A DNA stretch of 58,753 nucleotides, filler included, from Bipalium vagum (Eukaryota), in the NCBI GenBank assembly GCA_037834085.1. It is 3 parts of 3 records of this genome, joined end to end, with 100 filler letters (N's around TTAATTAATTAA, not from the genome) between each part and the next. Parts side by side here need not be neighbours in the genome. Positions count along the whole stretch, not along the records: positions 1 to 19,806 come from JBBMKC010267246.1; positions 19,907 to 40,080 come from JBBMKC010258756.1; 1 more part is not named here. One strand, written 5' to 3'. The notes beneath the pieces are model-generated. The model made no database searches, had not been told where the DNA came from, and saw only the letters and a list, made by a program, of their open reading frames with translations. The number at the start of each line of letters is the position of its first letter. Positions within the stretch are counted from its first letter, which is position 1. This document shows positions 12,169-24,600 of the stretch, one piece after another. The position numbers and the translations under genes were made by a program.

Positions 12169-15100
12169 TATATAACAGTTTTATTATTATTTTAATAATA
12201 TTTTATCTCTTATTATTCTCTAATTTATATGACATGCTCAGATAAGCTGTAATAATTTAATATAATAATTAGATTGATTATTTTAGAAATCTTAATAATT
12301 AATATAATAATAATATAATAAAATATAATAGTTAATATAAATAAAACAATCCAATTATTAATACCTTCTTTATTCTATTTTAATACTTCTATTAATTATA
12401 TGATTTTGAGGAAAACTCATAATATTAAGTCGACACATAAATAATATTGGTTTTTATTAATTCATATTCAGTAAATTAATAAATTGTTTAAATATATCAA
12501 TTTCATTTGTTTTTGGCAATTTTATGAAGTAATTTGAATGCTCAAATGTTTTACGAGTAATTTGATGAATTTATTAAACCTGTAGAAATGACAGACGATG
12601 AATGAACATTACGCACAACATTTCATAATTTACGAATTTCATTATGAGCAATTAACTAAATCGATTCTATTGATGTCTGAAAATGTCAGAAATTGTTTTC
12701 CCGATTGAAAACTGGAAATTTTGATTTAGCAAACAGTAATAGATCTGGTAAGAAGGTTTTGAGTACTGACTTAATACAGACATTGATTTTTAAAAATGTG
12801 TCAAACACTGATTAAAATGAGTTCACAGGAATCAGTAGGGAAAAAATCACTAACATTTAAAAAAAAGTTGGTAAAGAAACCAAGGTAGAAATTTATTACA
12901 GACAATGCAACATTTCTTGGTTGGAAAATTTTCTTTTCTTATGAAACTGTAAATATTGCCATTCATGAATTGTTCAATTATAAGTCAGTAAATTTTTGTA
13001 AACATGTCATCATAAAATTAGTTTGTAAATCTAGTATTATTAAAAAAACAATGATGCCTACGTATTTAATTAATATATCTGTCCTGTGTCATTTATTTTG
13101 TTTTAAATTATCCGTAAAAAACGAAACTCTTTATGCGTCTATCTAATACATAAACTCTTTTATGTTCCGCTATGTAGATAACACATTTTCTCAAGCGAGT
13201 TTTACCTTTGAACTAGTTGTCGGTACTTAAATTTGTTTATTTTATGAGGCTTGCATTAACATAAAAGTACCAATTTTAATCTTTCGAATATCCAATTGGT
13301 TTTTTGAGAAACTTCGTAGAAATATATAATCTCTCTTTCATGTTACGTTAATGACAGTAATTCACACTCTCGGAAACATGCTTCTTAGAGATTCACAAAT
13401 TGTCTATGGTGACCCGTTGAATTAAGTTTGGCACTTTTATTGAAGGTTTGATTTGATTTGAAATACACTGAAGATGAACCATATGAGCAATTAACGTTTT
13501 CATACGTGGTATGAGAATATCAAGAATTTTAAAACAGTGCTGAAATACAATTTTGCTTACAGCAGCTTTACAAAGTATAATATAAATATTTTGTTTATTT
13601 CTTCTAAAATTTTATCTTTAAATATATAAAACCGCATTGAACACAAAAATATTTCTGTTTCTTGTACTATCTAGTTAAAGTTATTATAAGAGAACTGTTG
13701 ACTCGCTCTTAGCAAAAGATTCTGATCTTTAAATCAACTCTGTGTTAAGCCAATGAATTCTTAATATTTTGTTTAATTAACATTTAACGGAACAAGTACA
13801 AAAAGACTTAATACTTATCCTGGCTCTTACGTTTTCGCATGTTATTGGAAAATAGTCAGGAACTCTTAATAATATCATTGTATTGTTATAAAAAATATTA
13901 AATTTTATATTTTGTTTCTACTTTCCGTACTTCTAAGCTGGACAAATAAGGAACAGATTCTGAAACTGTTAGCAGTTGCCAAGCAAAGAGAGAGGAGGTG
14001 AACTTTTTATTGTTCGCCTCCATAAAACAGAACTTTTCAATATATTTGTTATTTTTCTTTGATTTTTATCGATATACATTATTTTATATTTGGAAATGTT
14101 TTCTCAGCTTGTTGAAGTAAAATTAATCTCATACATTCATATAGTGTCTTAGGGTTTCTTATTCTACAAAAGCTAGAATTGGAAAGGTGGTGTGTTACCT
14201 GAAACATAAAAGGAAAAATTTGTTACTTAGTAATAAAATCGAATTAATAATTAACATGAATGTCATTAAAGAAATAATATTTATTAATAAAGTAGTTTAG
14301 GACCAATTAAAAATCGAAGAAGTGGTCAAATTTTATTTATTTACAGTTGAATTAAAAGAAGGAATGTTAATTTATATTAAGTTATGTGCAGTTCTACGTA
14401 GAACGTTATCGTAATAGGAAGACTTGTTTCCTGTTATTTACATTGACTTAATAAAATATTTTATTTATTATTTATTTTATTTTTATTTTATCAAATTCTT
14501 TAAATCATAATTTAATTAATAATATTATATATTAAATTTATAATCATATGTAAGAAAAGATTTTGGTTCAATTAGAACTTAACAATATATTAAAAATATA
14601 CCATGCAATATATAATATAATATAATATAATATAATATAATATTTAAAACATTTTTAAGAAAGGAAATATTACTTTTGGTATGTTGTTGTAAACATGTTT
14701 GGAATAGTAAATGATCAATGATCTATCATTGATTATTGTCATTAGTAGACTTTCAAAAACGGGAGACAAATGGATCAGCACAAATAATGATGAGGCATTG
14801 TCATCTTGGAAATGGAAATTGTCCAAAATTCCCATGGTATCTTCATAGAAAAATGTAATGTTACGAAAAGGGAAAAAATTTTCCTGTCTGAGGAAATTGC
14901 GGATTGACTGATCTTCCGATGAATGTCGAGCAATGACGAAGACATTCTCGATGGCAATGGAGGAATTGAGACGAAATTCCTGGAAACAGGTTAATAAAAA
15001 TAAAAAAACTATTTTCATTGACTTGAAGTTAATTAAGAGGCTGTATTGATTTTATGCCAGCGTTAATTTTATTGGATAATATCAAAGCTAATGGGAAAGC

Positions 15101-15709
15101 ATTGTTCGTCCAGACCGAATGAGGTTTTTCGCCATTTTCCACAATAACAAAAGCCAGCTTCAGCTTTCAGATTCTGTCAAACAATATCCTATGCTTTTCA
15201 TGACATAACTGGTGTGCGCTGTTTTGTACAGAGATACTACTAGACAATGAAGATTAGTTGTTTTTTTTAAAAATAAAAATTACTGATTTGCCATTGCTCA
15301 CTTTGAGGTCTTCTTACTGCCCTCCGATTTGATGGAAAGCAGTCTTTGAATTCAATAAACTTATAGACTTTTCGCAATTGAGGCTATGAGCATTATTACA
15401 GAAATAAGAAATCTAATATTTTGATATTTGTTTTAAATTTTTTCAAATATAATATACTGTAAAATTCAGAGTATACACTGCAGCATGTATTAACTGCAGC
15501 GAGGTAATTTTCTAAGACCTGCTTTTTAATCGTATAATAAATAATGTTGTCTTTTAATTAAATTGTATTAATTTTCAAGTATTAATTATTTTTGGACGTC
15601 TGCTTTTTAATCGTATAACTTCGTAAACGTATAACTTCGTATTAACTGCAACTGAAAAAATTTCAATTTCTGGTGTATAAGCCGCAGATTTCACTGTAGT
15701 ACCAGTTTA

Positions 15710-15870
15710 ACTGTTTCAGTCACCAGAAGATGCAGTAGATGCAGTAGATGCGTTCCAAATGAAAATTTCGACCGTCACAGCTGATGAGAGAAATAACTGT
15801 GTTAACAGTTGGTTTGAATTCTTTCAAAATTTTATTAATTTTAGTAGAGAGTATTTTGATGAACAATAAA
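15710..15870 (+). mobile_element. mariner C-terminal fragment
   Basis: FQSPEDAVDA..CVNSWFE..REYFDEQ* matches the mariner C-terminus. Confidence 0.55.
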
Positions 15871-16755
15871 ACTTTTTAAGTCTTTTTTAGTCATTTTTTA
15901 TAACTATATAATAGATGCAGAACTTAACGTATAAATTATGTATAAGAAAAAAAAGATATCTATAAATTTTAAAAGCCATCTAGGTTTATGATCTTGCGTT
16001 TATCTTTAATTTTCAGATATAATTTCTAGATCTGAAATCAATCTTTTCCAGAGAGCACAGATACATGATGTTTATGAAGAAATTAGGAATTAACCTTTTA
16101 AAATTTATTCTAAACCTAAATAGTCAACGAAGGTCTTGCTTTGAAGTACCATTGTGTGTATGGAATTTGCTTTGTATTTATTTTCTTATGAATAATTTCA
16201 TTATGAATAATATCCTAAAGTCTACTTTAGCATGGAATTAAAAATAAATATTTACATTCTTACATATTTTGTAATGTTATCCTCGAAATTATAGATGAGT
16301 TTATCGACAATGGTAATAGTAATAAATACTTATATAAGTTGTTTCTGGTATTCTTCTTGGTCATTTTTGTGCTTTCCATGTAATAATTTTTAGGAATATT
16401 GTATATTGAATTATTTGTTTGTAGCTTTACTATCGAGATAAGACTTTTACAGGAATTGGGAAAGGGTGACACATAAGATATTAAAATATTATTATATTTA
16501 GTGACTTAAAAAGTTCCCGCCGTTTTCGTCATAGATTGTTTTAAGTTGAATTGCAAGCGATCTGTAAATTCTATTGCAATATTATTAATTCTAATAGAAA
16601 ATCAATTACCTAATTTGAATTATTCGAAAAAAATCCTTAATAATAATTGTTTTAAAAGACTAATTAAATGTCGCAAAAATTCAAAAAAAGAAAGAAATTT
16701 ATACGTATCCTGTATAAAAATTAGATATAAAAAACGATTAGTGTAATTTCTTCTT

Positions 16756-17127
16756 TTGTCAACTCATGTAATCTTCGCTACTATTTATTTCCATATGCGA
16801 ATAATAGTCTTTGGAATGGCAAAGATTAATTACCTGCGCACTACACCAAAGATGTTCGACAATGGCTTGATGAAGCATGTCTGGACGTTGAATTGGACGC
16901 CAAGGACCAATCGAATAGCCGATCTGACACCACCTAATTTTTTTCTATTGATAGTTCTAAAGAATGGCATTTATGTTAATAGGCTTAGGATAATTGACCA
17001 ACTAAAACAAAGTTTTCAGCACAAATGGAATCAAATTTCAGAGGAAATTTGCCAGAAATTATGTCACAGTGTTGTCAAAAGATTTGATTTTATTGAAGTT
17101 CAAGGTGGAAATTTTGAACATTTATAA
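16756..17127 (+). mobile_element. Tc1/mariner-superfamily transposase C-terminal remnant
   Basis: ADLTPPNFFL..LKNGIYV..IDQLKQ..QGGNFEHL corresponds to the SPDLTPLDFFLWGYLK..GGHFEHL type of C-terminus. Confidence 0.65.
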
Positions 17128-18099
17128 TTACTATAAATATAGCTGTTAATATCCTAAAAAGTTGTAAACATGTGAAGCTGTATGTATAGGTCTTAACTGC
17201 GAAAGTTGCTTTTAATTAAATTTACTGAGATAACAATTAGGAGGTGACAAAAATATTTTTATGAAATATTATGATTTTGTACAAAATGTGAGTATCGTTC
17301 TTGATTGATAGTTAAGTTTGATTGATTTTATTATAAGGGGTTTTTATTTATGAAAAATGCTCTCGCTCTTAGGCTCAGAGGTCCTCAGTAAGGAAAAAAC
17401 AATTTATTTCACCGCCATACTTAGCGATTGAAATAAGAACAGAAAAAAGAAAAAGTTAGGGAAATAAGAAATTAAAAAATTAATTGATCCTCAGGTCCTG
17501 ATCTGAGTATTTATTTATTTACTTATAACACACTTTGTTTTGTCTAACAAAATTTTATTATGTAATAGATTTTCTTTATATATGATAAGACTATTAGATT
17601 TATAAAAATGTTATTACTACTAAATGAGTTCTTCATAGTTAGATTACAAAATGATATCTTATAAACACGAAAAGATGTGGTATATTTTGCACTTTCTTTC
17701 ACTTGGTGAAACAAATTAAAATATCAATTATATAATAAGAAATGAACACTATTAAAAATCAAAATACTGATTAATTCTTTGTTTTAATTATTATATTATT
17801 TTATTCACATCATCAAAGGTAAATTCTTTCAGATTTTTGATCGCATGTTTTCTTGTTTTAATGCATTAATTATGACCCATTATTTGAGGTTTTGTTTTCT
17901 TAGAATGTCAAATTCTATTTTTATGGTATATACTCATTATTCGTGAGGTACTGGAAAAGTTTGAGTACTCGAGTACTTTAAGTGATATCCCCATTTTATA
18001 ACTGACATATTCGAAGAGTTCAATATTGAAGTAATCTGAATACATCTAAACTAATGAAATAATTAAACATTTGAAATAGGAGATAAATAAAATTTGAAA

Positions 18100-19270
18100 C
18101 TTCTAGGGAAAAATATCGTTCGATAATTTACTATGATTCTGAATGTGGCCTTGTATCTAGATCGACTTCATTTAGCCTTTTGAACTGGACCACCATCTCA
18201 GAGCTACAGTTAAAAATGGTTTGCAGAATTCAAACATAGATTCAGAAGTCTGGAGGACAAATTTCATGGTCGCTCAGCGTACTTTTCAGAAACTAATATT
18301 GATGCGTTTCATTTTCCGGTCATTTTCCGATAGAAAGAGATATAAATATCAAGTAGTGTGACATTTAAGCATCTATTGGTACTGTCATGAATCCAACTGA
18401 AATCCTTTAACACGACCATATGAAAGTATAGGAGATTTGCAGTCTTAGGAACTTATACAATTTGACTTCTTCTGAAAAAGAAATGATGCCAAAATATTCC
18501 AGAGATTTAACAGAGACAATTTATTTAATTTACATTTAAAGTTTCCGGAATAGAATATGTAAAAGACAAGATTGTAAATATTAAATAGATAATATTTTAC
18601 CAGTACAATATCATGCATTCTCAAACCAGTTGCCATCTGAGTCAATACATTTTGTCCAGCGCACAGGAAGATCATTAAACGAATCATGTTAAATATCTAC
18701 AGGAAGCTCATCAAATAAAGAGCAAACAGCCCCTTCTCAGTCATCTGAAGACTAAAACGTCATTCTACGAAAGTGTATTTTTAATTTTCCAAAACAACAA
18801 TAATCAGAAGGTGCCAAATCAGGACTGTACGAAGGGTAAAGTGAGAGCTTGAAATCTTCCTTATCGATTTCTTCTTGGGCGATCGGCTTGTGTGAACCGG
18901 AGCATTTCCTAAAGTTAGAGTGATCAATCGAAATCAATAAATAATTCTTTATCATCACTACATTAGCTCTCTTACGGCCTGACAATTCACCGATAAAAAT
19001 GTAGAAGAGTTAAGACACTGTCTGTATTGACCTGACTTATCACCTTTTGACTTTATTTTTTTCAAATTCATCAAAACAGATTATTTGTTGTATACTTTAA
19101 GTCGTCTGAAGTAGCTATTTCAAAATCAGAGATATTTGGTAGTCAATTTCCAACTTCATAATGGAAAACATACTTTGAAAATTATTTCTGTCCCATGGAA
19201 AAGTATGTTGACTATAAAATGCGATTATTTTGAAAAAAAGTATTTTTAGTTTGTTTTTTTACTAGCACTG
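18100..19270. mobile_element. Decayed mariner fragments (N-terminal piece on + ~18100-18440; C-terminal piece on - ~18590-18990)
   Basis: KWFAEFK..SLED on +; PSYSPDLAPSDY in ORF 18752-18985 on -. Confidence 0.6.
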
Positions 19271-19806
19271 GATTTCTAAACTTTAATAGCAGCCTACGCA
19301 TAACCAACTTTTCTCTTCCTAATAATTATCCATTATTTAATTATTTAATTAAGATTTTTGAAGTAATGTTTACATTTAACTAAGGTTAAAAAGGTAAAAT
19401 GTCAAATGTTTTATGATTTAAGCTTTAAATATGACTATAATATTTTATATAAATAATATAATATTCCTATTGAATGTCATAAAAAATAATCAGTATCTAG
19501 CATATTTTTACCCTTCATGATTATAAAAAAGACAATAGTTCCAAAACAATTTTAAATATCTATTCTCTCCATTTGAACAATTTTGCCGCTTTCATTCCAC
19601 TTTTATCATTTATTTTTATCAATTAGATCTATATAGAGGACAATAATCTTTCCTGTTGATAAATTTATCTTTTTTATAATAATAAATTATGCATTACATA
19701 ATAAGTCCAGTCAATTTATCAATATAATAATATGGTAATAAATATAATAATATTATGATTAATAATAATAATAATAGTAATAATAATACTAATAATAATA
19801 ATAATA

Positions 19807-19906
19807 NNNNNNNNNNNNNNNNNNNNNNNNNNNNNNNNNNNNNNNNNNNNTTAATTAATTAANNNNNNNNNNNNNNNNNNNNNNNNNNNNNNNNNNNNNN
19901 NNNNNN
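19807..19906. other. Assembly gap with artificial spacer
   Basis: 44 N + TTAATTAATTAA (stop in all six frames) + 44 N. Confidence 0.98.
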
Positions 19907-20248
19907 ACGTACAGATACTTAATTGATATTGACATTTAATTATTTAATTAATTATTATCATTTGATTTTCAGTGTGATAACATCTGATTTTTCTTTTGTG
20001 TAAAAACACTTGACTGCAGACATTTACTGATTATTTGAAACGTTTCGTTTGTATTGTTATTTTAGTAATCAAGTGTTGTTCATAATTGTTTTATTCATTC
20101 ATTTGCGTACACATATAGGCTAAGTGAAGGGGTCAGTAACTTTGCAAGCTGAGTGTTACGACAGGGTTCATAGTGAGTTTTAAAAATAATATATGATTCA
20201 GTACTTCTGTGCTCACAGAGTATGAACCTTTCAATTAATATAATTAAT

Positions 20249-20250
<2 letters not shown>

Positions 20251-20304
<54 letters not shown>
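20251..20304. repeat. (TAA)n microsatellite
   Basis: Perfect trinucleotide run. Confidence 0.95.
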
Positions 20305-20306
<2 letters not shown>

Positions 20307-20895
20307 TGAATTACCAGTCGATTTGCACAAATAGAGACTTTTGATTTCCTTTGTCTTATTGTTGTTTTTGTGACTGAAATGATTTCGCCTTAAATAGCTA
20401 TGCTGTGGAATGTCGAATTTGGTTATGCTTATTTTGTTCTATGATTTTTGTTCAGGAATGCTTGAAATACGATCGGGATAATGTGTCGTGTTTTTACGAT
20501 TGACAATTGGAATTGTTTATGATAACAATCTTTTCGTGATAGGTGTTTTTAAACGATTTACTCGGCTGGATAATTCTCCGTTCTATTATTTTTTCTATTT
20601 TTATTCGTCTGACGTGATATTTTTTTGTGTGTCTTATACTCTTGGGTAAGCCTTTTTATATTATTTATTTTTTATATATTTCTATTTTTAGTAATTTATA
20701 ATTTCTATCTTTAGAAATTCGTATAATTTTATTTATCTAAAATCTATTTTCAGTAATATATTTAATTTTATTTATATTATTTTCTATTTTTAGTAATTGC
20801 TAATTTCTATAATTGTTTTTTATATAAATTCTTCATTTATTCATTTTTTAATAATAATTTATAATTAACAATAATAATTATTAGTGAGAATTAAT

Positions 20896-20968
20896 CGGAG
20901 ATACCGGGATTCGAACCCGGGATCTTTACATGCGCATGCACTGCTCTGACCGCTGAGCTACATCCCCC
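20896..20968 (-). repeat. tRNA-Ala-like sequence; same family as the 48938-49146 LTR, probably not a functional tRNA
   Basis: GGGGATG TAGCTCAGCGGTCAGAGC..CCGGG TTCGAAT CCCGG TATCTCC has intact A and B boxes, D and T arms, but the anticodon arm is 1 nt short and non-canonical; the 3' flank GATTAATTCTCACTAATA is shared with the copies at 48938 and 49061. Confidence 0.75.
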
Positions 20969-21650
20969 GACTAACTTTCAATTTATCTCATAATAATAAT
21001 AATTATTATTATTATTTAAAGAGAAATTTTACTGATTATCAGCTTCAAATCTTTTACATCAACAATAAAAAGATAAAATTATAGTATTTATAAACCAATA
21101 CTAAAATAACAGTAAAATCATGATCACTAAAAGTTTCAAAATATTTGTTCAGTTATTAAAATTTTAATGTCTATTTGGGGATGCTCCACAATATTTTGAA
21201 TATTTTTCTATATAATTCTACAAAACCCTGTATAACACTTTTCTGTTGCTAACCCTTCATTAGCTGTCACTATAAAATCAATTTATAAATGTATCGATTT
21301 CTAATTGATTTTTTAATAACACGTGATTTTTTACATGTGTACTCAGATTTTTGCAAGTGTAATCATCTTAATTCTTAATTTTCGCTAACAAACAGAAATT
21401 ACTATTGTTATAATTAAAATGATATTAAATATTCACTAAATAATATGAACTATAAACAGATAATAATACACTTTAAAGTAATGTTAAAAATAACAGATAA
21501 TTCATCATATAATTTTTAATTTTTTTTAATGTTTAAAGATTTAGAACATTTATGGAATATATATTAAGACTAAAATCTTGTTTTAATACTGAAAGCCATT
21601 ACTATAAATCATTTGTAAATAATTTTATTTTTGATTATTTAATCTTTTCA

Positions 21651-24600
21651 ATGAGCCAGTAAGGTTTTATATATTTATATATTAATATTGTGTAATAATA
21701 TTCAATTTTTATACTTTTAAGACAATTTTTGATGCAGTTATAACAGTAATAGAATTGAAATCTTAAAACTCAAATTTCTAAAGCAATTTATATGAAGTTT
21801 TAAGAAATCTCATATTTATATAAAATTTGAATTTTCTGAAAAATTAAAATATAATTTTTTAATTAGTAATAAGGTACATTGTAAGTACCACCCAACTGCA
21901 ACTCTTATTGAGGATTTTAAAGCTGGCGATCTTATTTGTCCCAGGTGTGGATTAGTAGTAGCTGAGAGGTTTCGTTAATATGTCAAAGAAATTTTAATAT
22001 ATCGTGCTTCAGAGTGATTGATTTTGAATCTGAATGGCGGTCTTTTGCCAACGATACAGACTCAAAAGACGTAAGTCGTGTGGGAGAAGTGGAAAATGGT
22101 CTTAAATCAGAAACTGAAACATCGATTACAATACAGCAATCAAATAATATTCGTCATTTGGATGAAAATGGTAATCCTTTATATAAAGGACGGTCAACAC
22201 TCAGTTCATCTGATCGCACATTAAAAACCGCTCATTCTAATATCCGTGCTATGGGTGATCGAATTAATCTACCCAAAACAATAATGGTATTTCTATAGTT
22301 ATATCAAGGGCTTAATTGATGAACATTATATAAATTTACAGGATGAAGCAATGAGTTTGTTCAAACAGGTACACGAATCTAAACAGCTTAGAGGTCGAAA
22401 TAATGAAGCTGTTGCAACTTCATGTTTATTTATGGCATGTCGGAAATTGAAAGTCCCTAGGACATTTAAAGGTATTATATGTTAATATTATATTTTTCCT
22501 TTATGGAGTATATATTGTATAGAAATATGTGCTGTTTCAAATGTATCCAAGAAAGACATTGGAAAAATATTCAAGAAAATTGTTCATATTTTATCAACTA
22601 GTGTCGGTAACGCAACAGGAGAAGATTTCATGGCTCGATTCTGTTACCAGCTTGGCGTTTCGAAAGTTGAAAAGATCGCAAAAGAAATTTCGAAGAAAGC
22701 TCTGGATGACAATATGGTAGCTGGAAGAAGTCCAGTGTCCATAGCAGCTGCTTCGATTTACATGGCTCTACTGGCCATGGGCATAAAAAAAGAAAAGAAA
22801 GGTAATTGGAATCTTATATTATGGGTCCTTCATAGCAACGAGGTTAAGTAAGTTCCCTTCTAAATTCATAACCTGCTCTCATTTGATGCCAATAAAATTG
22901 CGAATCTCCTATCATCTTTCGATAATTTAGTTTTCAATTTATCCTTGAGGGCTATGGTATAATATCTCCCACGTTTTTTGATTGGAGGAGATACATGCGA
23001 TTGGTCATTAAATTGTTTGCCTTTTTTTAATTTTTACTTTGATTTTTTAATCTTAAAATTTGTCCAATTTTTTTCTCTCTCAAATTGTCTCAAAAGTTCG
23101 ATTTTAATAGTCAAATTAGAAAGTAGATTTAAGATGACTACATCAGAGTTTTCCTCAATTATAGTATGATCGAAATCAAAAATTAACAATAATTTACTTT
23201 GATCAAAATTCATTTTAAGATTTTAAATTATAAGCGTATGAACAGCAAAATATCACATAAAAATATCAATCGTGAAACTTTAATGTAATACTTTTAAAAT
23301 TAACAGTATGCAATTAAATTATGATTTATTTATTTAATACAATTAAACTATTTTTGTAAAATGAAGTTTCAAAATTATTTAATATTTAAGTTAACATTAT
23401 AAATTATAATGATTTTATTTTTAGAACTATAAATTAATTTTTTTAATTGTCTTGAAATCTAAAACAAAATTAAAATTAGAAAATTAAAAATTTAAATTAC
23501 CATGGTAATGACCAATCACAGGTATAGTATAGCCTGCTTAGAATTTATTCGTCATTAACTGGAATCTTAATTAAACTTCTTGGTGTTGATGAAAGTTTTA
23601 TCGATAGAACTTATTTAAGAAAACTCGGTTTTTCTGAACAATCGAGAAAAATGATTTTTTCATGTACCAAAACTAATATAAAGGTTAACATAATTTTTAA
23701 TCTGGGTGTACGATAAAACCATTCAAGAAGTTTTTTTATGATGTTACATTTTTAACATGTTTAATTTATATTTATATATTGAAATAATAGGATTATTATT
23801 ATATTTCGTTAAAGAAATCACAAATAATAAGTAAATTTCAATTTTATTTCGGAAAAAAACAAAACCCGGCCAATTCTGTTACTCAATAACATGGTTGGTT
23901 GAATTCTGTAATACTTTGGTGAATAAAATAACTCATAAAAAAATTCATAATCTTTTGTACTTAATTACCATCCAAGTCTCAGCTCTTTTTGTATGTGTTT
24001 CTAAGTTTGTAAAAGTCTGTTTACCGGTAATTAACCAATTCCGAGATACATGATCGCTATCGCCAAAAGATTCTCAATGAGCTCATAATTTTTTTAATTT
24101 TGGAGCTTTCCGTACTCTTGTTGATTTTTCTATGTATTTTCTTTTAAAGTCTGTCTTCCGCTGATTATTATTCTTTGTGTTCTTTTTTTCGTTTTCAACC
24201 TGTAATCTTTTTACGAACCGTTATCAGTGTAAAATTGAATTTAGGGCGCTTTAGAAAATTGGAAACAATGAAGTCGCTTTGTTAAAATTCCTGCCAAGAG
24301 ATATAGTAAGCAACATAATTGCAAGAGAAAAATTCTATTGGAGAGACTGCGATTTTTAAAATGAAACATGTTTGAATCTTCACCATTGTCAGAATTAGTG
24401 ATACTTAACAAAATAAAAAGATTTTGAGTTAGTGAATAGAACTAAAATAAGTTGTATGATACCCATAAAGTAAATGGTATCGTATGTTTTGAAGAAAGAG
24501 GGCTTTTGTAATTGAGAAAATTTTTTTGAATTTATTAAAGAAAAACTGTTTAGTCAATTTATAAAATCTTCACGATATTCCAGTAACAAATAACCGCTGA

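Larger units (their letters stand above)
2870..15018 (-). pseudogene. Probable decayed multi-exon ionotropic glutamate receptor / IR-like gene, fragmented by transposons
   Basis: Signal-peptide-like first exon (ORF 14644-15018), several minus-strand donor sites (gtaagta, gtgagta, gttagta) and, in the expected order, an M2-like NLLISIW (~6410-6460), M3-like IVTVWHLLLIILISGF (~6220-6278), S2-like RTCQILCV..YYAIIF..FDKAMVTMEKG (~3255-3405) and hydrophobic M4-like ISILAVLLLW (~2930-2965). Multiple stops and frameshifts; similarity is weak. Confidence 0.35.

Noticed and set aside
15615-15642. loxP-like half sites (ATAACTTCGTA twice)
   Set aside because: Direct rather than inverted orientation, no 8-bp spacer; a local tandem duplication in AT-rich DNA.
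19851-19862. Palindrome TTAATTAATTAA inside N runs (also 40125-40136)
   Set aside because: Identical 44+12+44 layout at both gaps: an artificial six-frame-stop scaffolding spacer.
20896-20968. Functional tRNA-Ala(CGC) gene
   Set aside because: Anticodon arm is short and mispaired, and its 3' flank is shared with dispersed repeat copies.
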